DNA of 32,000 bases from Promethearchaeum syntrophicum (GTDB lineage Archaea; Asgardarchaeota; Lokiarchaeia; Sigyniarchaeales; Promethearchaeaceae), in assembly GCF_008000775.2 (NCBI RefSeq), contig NZ_CP042905.2:600001-632000 (forward strand), read 5' to 3'. The notes below the pieces were generated by a model, which worked only from the letters and a program-made list of their open reading frames with translations, was not told the DNA's origin and did no database searches. Numbering within the stretch: position 1 is the first letter of the stretch; each line of letters begins with the position of its first letter. This document shows positions 27,934 to 32,000 of this stretch, in pieces. Position numbers and translations under genes: made by a program.

Positions 27934-29661
27934 TTAATTAACCTCCTTTTGTAAAATAGCTATTATATCTTCTACAGCAAATGGCTTACCCGAATAATTC
28001 AAATATTTCTGTTTTTCTGGGATATCAAAATCACCATATAATTTTAATACATTAGCAAACTGACCAGATGCATTGCTTTCTATTAATATTACTTTTTTCG
28101 CTTTATTGAGAATTTCTTTGGTATTGGAATGAAGTGGGAAAAGTTGATGAAAATGCCCCATTGCAATTTCCTTATTTCCGAATTCCTCAATTGCTTCTTT
28201 TACAACTGTATAATTCGATCCCCAACAGACAATCAATGTTGAATAATCTGTGGCACCGACTATTTTTGGTTCATCAGCGACCTCTTCAAGTAATTTTAAG
28301 CGTTTATAATACCTTTTTTTAACCATCTCAGGTCGGATATATTCCATATCCTCGGTAATTTGTCCCGCTTCTGTATGTTCATCAGAGTCTGCGCGAACTA
28401 ATCCTTCTCCATATCCCGGAATTCCCCGAGGAGAAATACCGTTTTCAGTGAATTTATACCTTAAATAGTCTTTCTCCGTTTTAATGAAAGAATTATCTAC
28501 TTTAATTCTCGAAAGATCGAATTGAGGGATATTATAATACCCATCTACGAAATTTTGATCGGTTAGGACAAATACCGGAATTTGATATTTATCAGCTAAA
28601 TTAAAGGCTTTTTGCGTTAAATAAAATGCTTGTTCAATCGTGCCGGGTGCAAAAATTATACGAGCAAATTCTCCATGTCCTGCGTAAAGAGCCAAATTTA
28701 AATCTTCTTGGGCAGTTCTAGTTGGCAATCCTGTTGCTGGACCTGGTCGTTGAGCAATATGAATCACAATCGGATTTTCCATGATACCCGCTAATGAAAC
28801 ACCCTCTGTCATTAAGGCAAACCCTCCCCCAGAAGTTGAAGCTAGTGCCCTGGCTCCTGCATACCATGCTGCGACATTTTTATTTATTGCAGCGATTTCA
28901 TCCTCTGCTTGATCAATTATAATTCCAAATTCTTCTGAATTTGCTGCCAGAAATTGTAATGCTCCTGTGCTAGGAGACATAGGATAGGCAGAAATAAAAT
29001 TGCATCCGCCAGCAATCGCTCCTAATCCGACCGCTTCATTACCATTCAGTAAAATTTCATCAACAATTTTATCATTCTTACTCAAATTTATGGTAAATTT
29101 CCCATTTTCAATAACATTCTTACCCAATTCATAACCTTTTTGAAATGCAGTGAAATTTTTATTAATTATTTTAGAACCCTTAGATGAAAACCTATTAGTA
29201 AGGACAATTTTTGCGATGTTTGGATCTGTTATAAACATTCCAGCGATTGCTCCTACAGCTACAACATTTGCATAGATTTTACTTCCCACTTCACTAGCAA
29301 TTTTTGAAAACGGAAATGAGATTATTTGTTTTTCATTTAAATCGTGAACACCATCCAATAATGAAGGATCTGATAATATCATCGAATTCTCTGATAGTCT
29401 TGATTTGACATGCAAAAGTGCAGCTGGATTTAACGGGATTAAAAGATCGATACGATTAACAAAAGTGGTTACTCGATTAGATGAAACTCGAATTTCCGTT
29501 GAGTTTGATCCCCCTCGAACACGAGATTCGTATTCTTTAGTTGCAAAAATGTTGTATCCACTCATTTTTAGGATACCTACTAAGAGTTCCTCAACCGTTT
29601 GAACTCCCTGTCCCGCAGCCCCCGCGATAACAATTGAAAGATCGCTGATTTTTTTATTCAT
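27934..29661 (-). CDS. korA: 2-oxoacid:ferredoxin oxidoreductase, fused gamma-alpha subunit
   Basis: [18 protein letters not shown]...[17 protein letters not shown] (gamma) then [26 protein letters not shown] (alpha). Start probably MNKKISDL at 29661 rather than 29697. Confidence 0.93.
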   Translation of the reverse strand: MNKKISDLSIVIAGAAGQGVQTVEELLVGILKMSGYNIFATKEYESRVRGGSNSTEIRVSSNRVTTFVNRIDLLIPLNPAALLHVKSRLSENSMILSDPSLLDGVHDLNEKQIISFPFSKIASEVGSKIYANVVAVGAIAGMFITDPNIAKIVLTNRFSSKGSKIINKNFTAFQKGYELGKNVIENGKFTINLSKNDKIVDEILLNGNEAVGLGAIAGGCNFISAYPMSPSTGALQFLAANSEEFGIIIDQAEDEIAAINKNVAAWYAGARALASTSGGGFALMTEGVSLAGIMENPIVIHIAQRPGPATGLPTRTAQEDLNLALYAGHGEFARIIFAPGTIEQAFYLTQKAFNLADKYQIPVFVLTDQNFVDGYYNIPQFDLSRIKVDNSFIKTEKDYLRYKFTENGISPRGIPGYGEGLVRADSDEHTEAGQITEDMEYIRPEMVKKRYYKRLKLLEEVADEPKIVGATDYSTLIVCWGSNYTVVKEAIEEFGNKEIAMGHFHQLFPLHSNTKEILNKAKKVILIESNASGQFANVLKLYGDFDIPEKQKYLNYSGKPFAVEDIIAILQKEVN

Positions 29662-29842
29662 TATTTTCGACTCACGTAAATTTTGAGTGCGCTTCAAATA
29701 AATTATGTGATTATAATTGATTGAATTTACATGTTTAAACTTAAATTTTTAAAATATGAAATTTAAAAGGGACAAAAATAAATAATAAAAAGAGGTTTAG
29801 AAAACCTATTTATAAAAATAAAAAAATTGAGGAATACTAAAA

Positions 29843-30001
29843 ATGGCAATTTGGGTATGTTCTGTATGCGGTTGGGAGTATAATGAAGACGAAGGTCTCC
29901 CGGATGATGGCTTTGATCCTGGCACAAAATTTGAAGCTTTGCCAGACGACTTCGAGTGTCCTGTATGTGGGGCAGGAAAAGAAGATTTTAATAAACAATA
30001 G
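29843..30001 (+). CDS. rub: Rubredoxin (missed by ORF track)
   Basis: Translates to [52 protein letters not shown] (52 aa): CxxCG...CPVCG rubredoxin fingerprint. Confidence 0.95.
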   Translation: MAIWVCSVCGWEYNEDEGLPDDGFDPGTKFEALPDDFECPVCGAGKEDFNKQ

Positions 30002-30292
30002 AATCAAAAGGATAAATTTCCTTCATTTTTTCTAATTTTTTTTACTAATTCACTAAATTTTTAAACCATGATATGCACAAAAGTGTGCATCTTCAGTAGA
30101 ACTTGGATTTGAAGAGCGTAAATTACTTGAAGAAAATGTGAAAATCTATCATCCTATCTTCACTAAAATTTCCCAAAATGATAAAATTAAAATCATAAAT
30201 GAATTGAAAATAATGAAATAAATCATTATATACATGAAAATTAAATATATAAAAGATAATAGACAATTCATAGAATTATTGGAATGAGAAAA

Positions 30293-32000
30293 ATGGCAAT
30301 TATAAATATTGTTGAAGAAGAAAAAAAACTATTAAAAGAACTCTCTACTGAAACGGGAATTCAAAATATTGAAAATAAAAAATACATTAAATTGAAAGAG
30401 GGTCGGGTTGTTTCTCTTTCTTTAAATAACTTGGATTTAAAGTCAATTCCTTCCTCTGTATTTAAATTTCGTTATTTGGAAGACTTATATCTTGATCATA
30501 ATAAATTGATTACGATATCAAACGAAATTTGTAATCTGAAAAACCTACAATTATTATCCTTTTCTCATAACTTTTTTGAGAAATTGCCTGATATTTTAAG
30601 AGAGTTATATTCACTGAGTGTATTAGTTTTTTCAGATAACCCTTTATATGAAATTCCTGATTGGATTGAAAGTTTATTTCAATTAGTTGAAATTCACATG
30701 GGACCTTTGAAAAAATACAATAATCTTCCAGAAATAATGAAAAAATTAAAAAATATAATATATCTTGATACCGATGATGAAATCTGGGAAGAAAATTCAG
30801 TTATAAACAATTTTTTTAAAGGAGTAAAATTTTTACCAAGTGAAATTGAAGGAATAAAAATCCTTGAAGAAATTACTAATGAGAAAATGAACGAATTATA
30901 TGAATGGGATGAATTAAAATCAGAAAAAAAGCATTTGGGATTGATCTGTTATAGAGATAAAATTATTGCTTTAAAGGCAATGAATTTGTCGTATTCTGAA
31001 CTACCCCCAGAAGTTGATTCATTTTATGCTTTAAATTATTTAAAATGTAAAGGTGATTGGGATATATCTCATCTTCCGAGATTATCGAATCTTTTTAATT
31101 ATGGGATTCGTTTGGAATCCGAAGAAACTAAAGCTTTATTAGAACTGGAATCATTTCTGGGTAAAAAAATTCCTTATCGAGATATGGCATTGATTAATAA
31201 TTGGGGGAATATTCATGGTGACCATGTAGATTTAGGATTTGATATTCGAGCAAATCATGTAGTATGTTTAAGTTTGGAGAATCTAAATCTTTCAGAAATA
31301 CCTAAGATTATCATAAAATTTCCTTATTTGCGAATACTAAACCTCACGAATAATAATATCAGAGAATTACCCGAATGGTTAGCAGAATTAAAACTCTTAA
31401 CAACAATTTTTCTGTATTTTGACGAAACTGATGAGGAAGAAGGAATTATTAAAATTGAACCCGATTTTTTAGATGGTATCAAAGAAAATAATGAACTACA
31501 ATCATGGTATCAGGTGCAACATCTTCAAGACATTTCCTTTGAAAATAAAATTACCTTTCAAGATTGGATCGATCAAGCAGATGAATATGTTGCATCAGAT
31601 TCAAATTTTGCAGATTTTTATATTTCAGAAGAAGATTGGCATAAATTATATTTGGCATATATCCCGTTAGCAGAATTAATCGAAGCCCCAATTTTTTGTC
31701 CTCAAAAATGTGATTCGAAGATCATTTTAATACATGTAAATTTAAACGCGTTTAAAGATCATATTTATGATTTCTATTCAATTATTTACCAGAAATTAGC
31801 ACAGCATGTATGGGCTTATTATTACAATTCAATTTCCCCTCTTTTTGGAGACCAAAAAGCCACTGTCTGGGATTTTCATAAGCAAAATTCTGAGTTGATT
31901 TATGCATTGATTGAACCAGAATCTAATACGAAAGTTTGGGCGTTTGCATCACCTTCATTTGAAACTTGTTTTGCTTTCCAAGAATATTGCATGTCAAATA
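30293..32000 (+). CDS. Leucine-rich repeat protein, partial (runs off right edge)
   Basis: ATG at 30293, open through window end: MAIINIVEEEKKLLKELSTETGIQNIENKKYIKLKEGRVVSLSLNNLDLKSIPSSVFKFRYLEDLYLDHNKL...; LRRs followed by a non-LRR C-terminal region. Confidence 0.85.
   Translation, partial: MAIINIVEEEKKLLKELSTETGIQNIENKKYIKLKEGRVVSLSLNNLDLKSIPSSVFKFRYLEDLYLDHNKLITISNEICNLKNLQLLSFSHNFFEKLPDILRELYSLSVLVFSDNPLYEIPDWIESLFQLVEIHMGPLKKYNNLPEIMKKLKNIIYLDTDDEIWEENSVINNFFKGVKFLPSEIEGIKILEEITNEKMNELYEWDELKSEKKHLGLICYRDKIIALKAMNLSYSELPPEVDSFYALNYLKCKGDWDISHLPRLSNLFNYGIRLESEETKALLELESFLGKKIPYRDMALINNWGNIHGDHVDLGFDIRANHVVCLSLENLNLSEIPKIIIKFPYLRILNLTNNNIRELPEWLAELKLLTTIFLYFDETDEEEGIIKIEPDFLDGIKENNELQSWYQVQHLQDISFENKITFQDWIDQADEYVASDSNFADFYISEEDWHKLYLAYIPLAELIEAPIFCPQKCDSKIILIHVNLNAFKDHIYDFYSIIYQKLAQHVWAYYYNSISPLFGDQKATVWDFHKQNSELIYALIEPESNTKVWAFASPSFETCFAFQEYCMSN

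Overview
AT-rich window, probably archaeal. An Asgard/Lokiarchaeota-like origin is an inference from the many LRR proteins, LVIVD beta-propellers and the anaerobic redox gene set. The flanks look like chromosomal housekeeping genes: an SPFH/zinc-ribbon cluster, ferritin, TusA-DsrE-IscS-IscU sulfur/Fe-S genes, a giant double LVIVD beta-propeller membrane protein, a cold-shock protein, GNATs, rubrerythrin, superoxide reductase, TIR and LRR proteins, KorAB and rubredoxin. Between the csp gene and a GNAT gene sits a defence island of about 12.3 kb (~9971-22433), bounded by ~125-135 bp near-identical direct repeats. It encodes (i) a complete Cap2/Cap3-type CBASS operon whose apparent effector is an unusual metallophosphoesterase-SAVED fusion, followed by CD-NTase, E2-E1 (Cap2) and JAB peptidase (Cap3), and (ii) a co-directional trio of an OLD-like AAA ATPase/TOPRIM protein, a predicted PD-(D/E)XK protein and a 1040-aa helical protein with a nuclease-like C-terminus. 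The trio does not match a defence system I recognise. All assignments come from reading motifs by eye; no database search was run.
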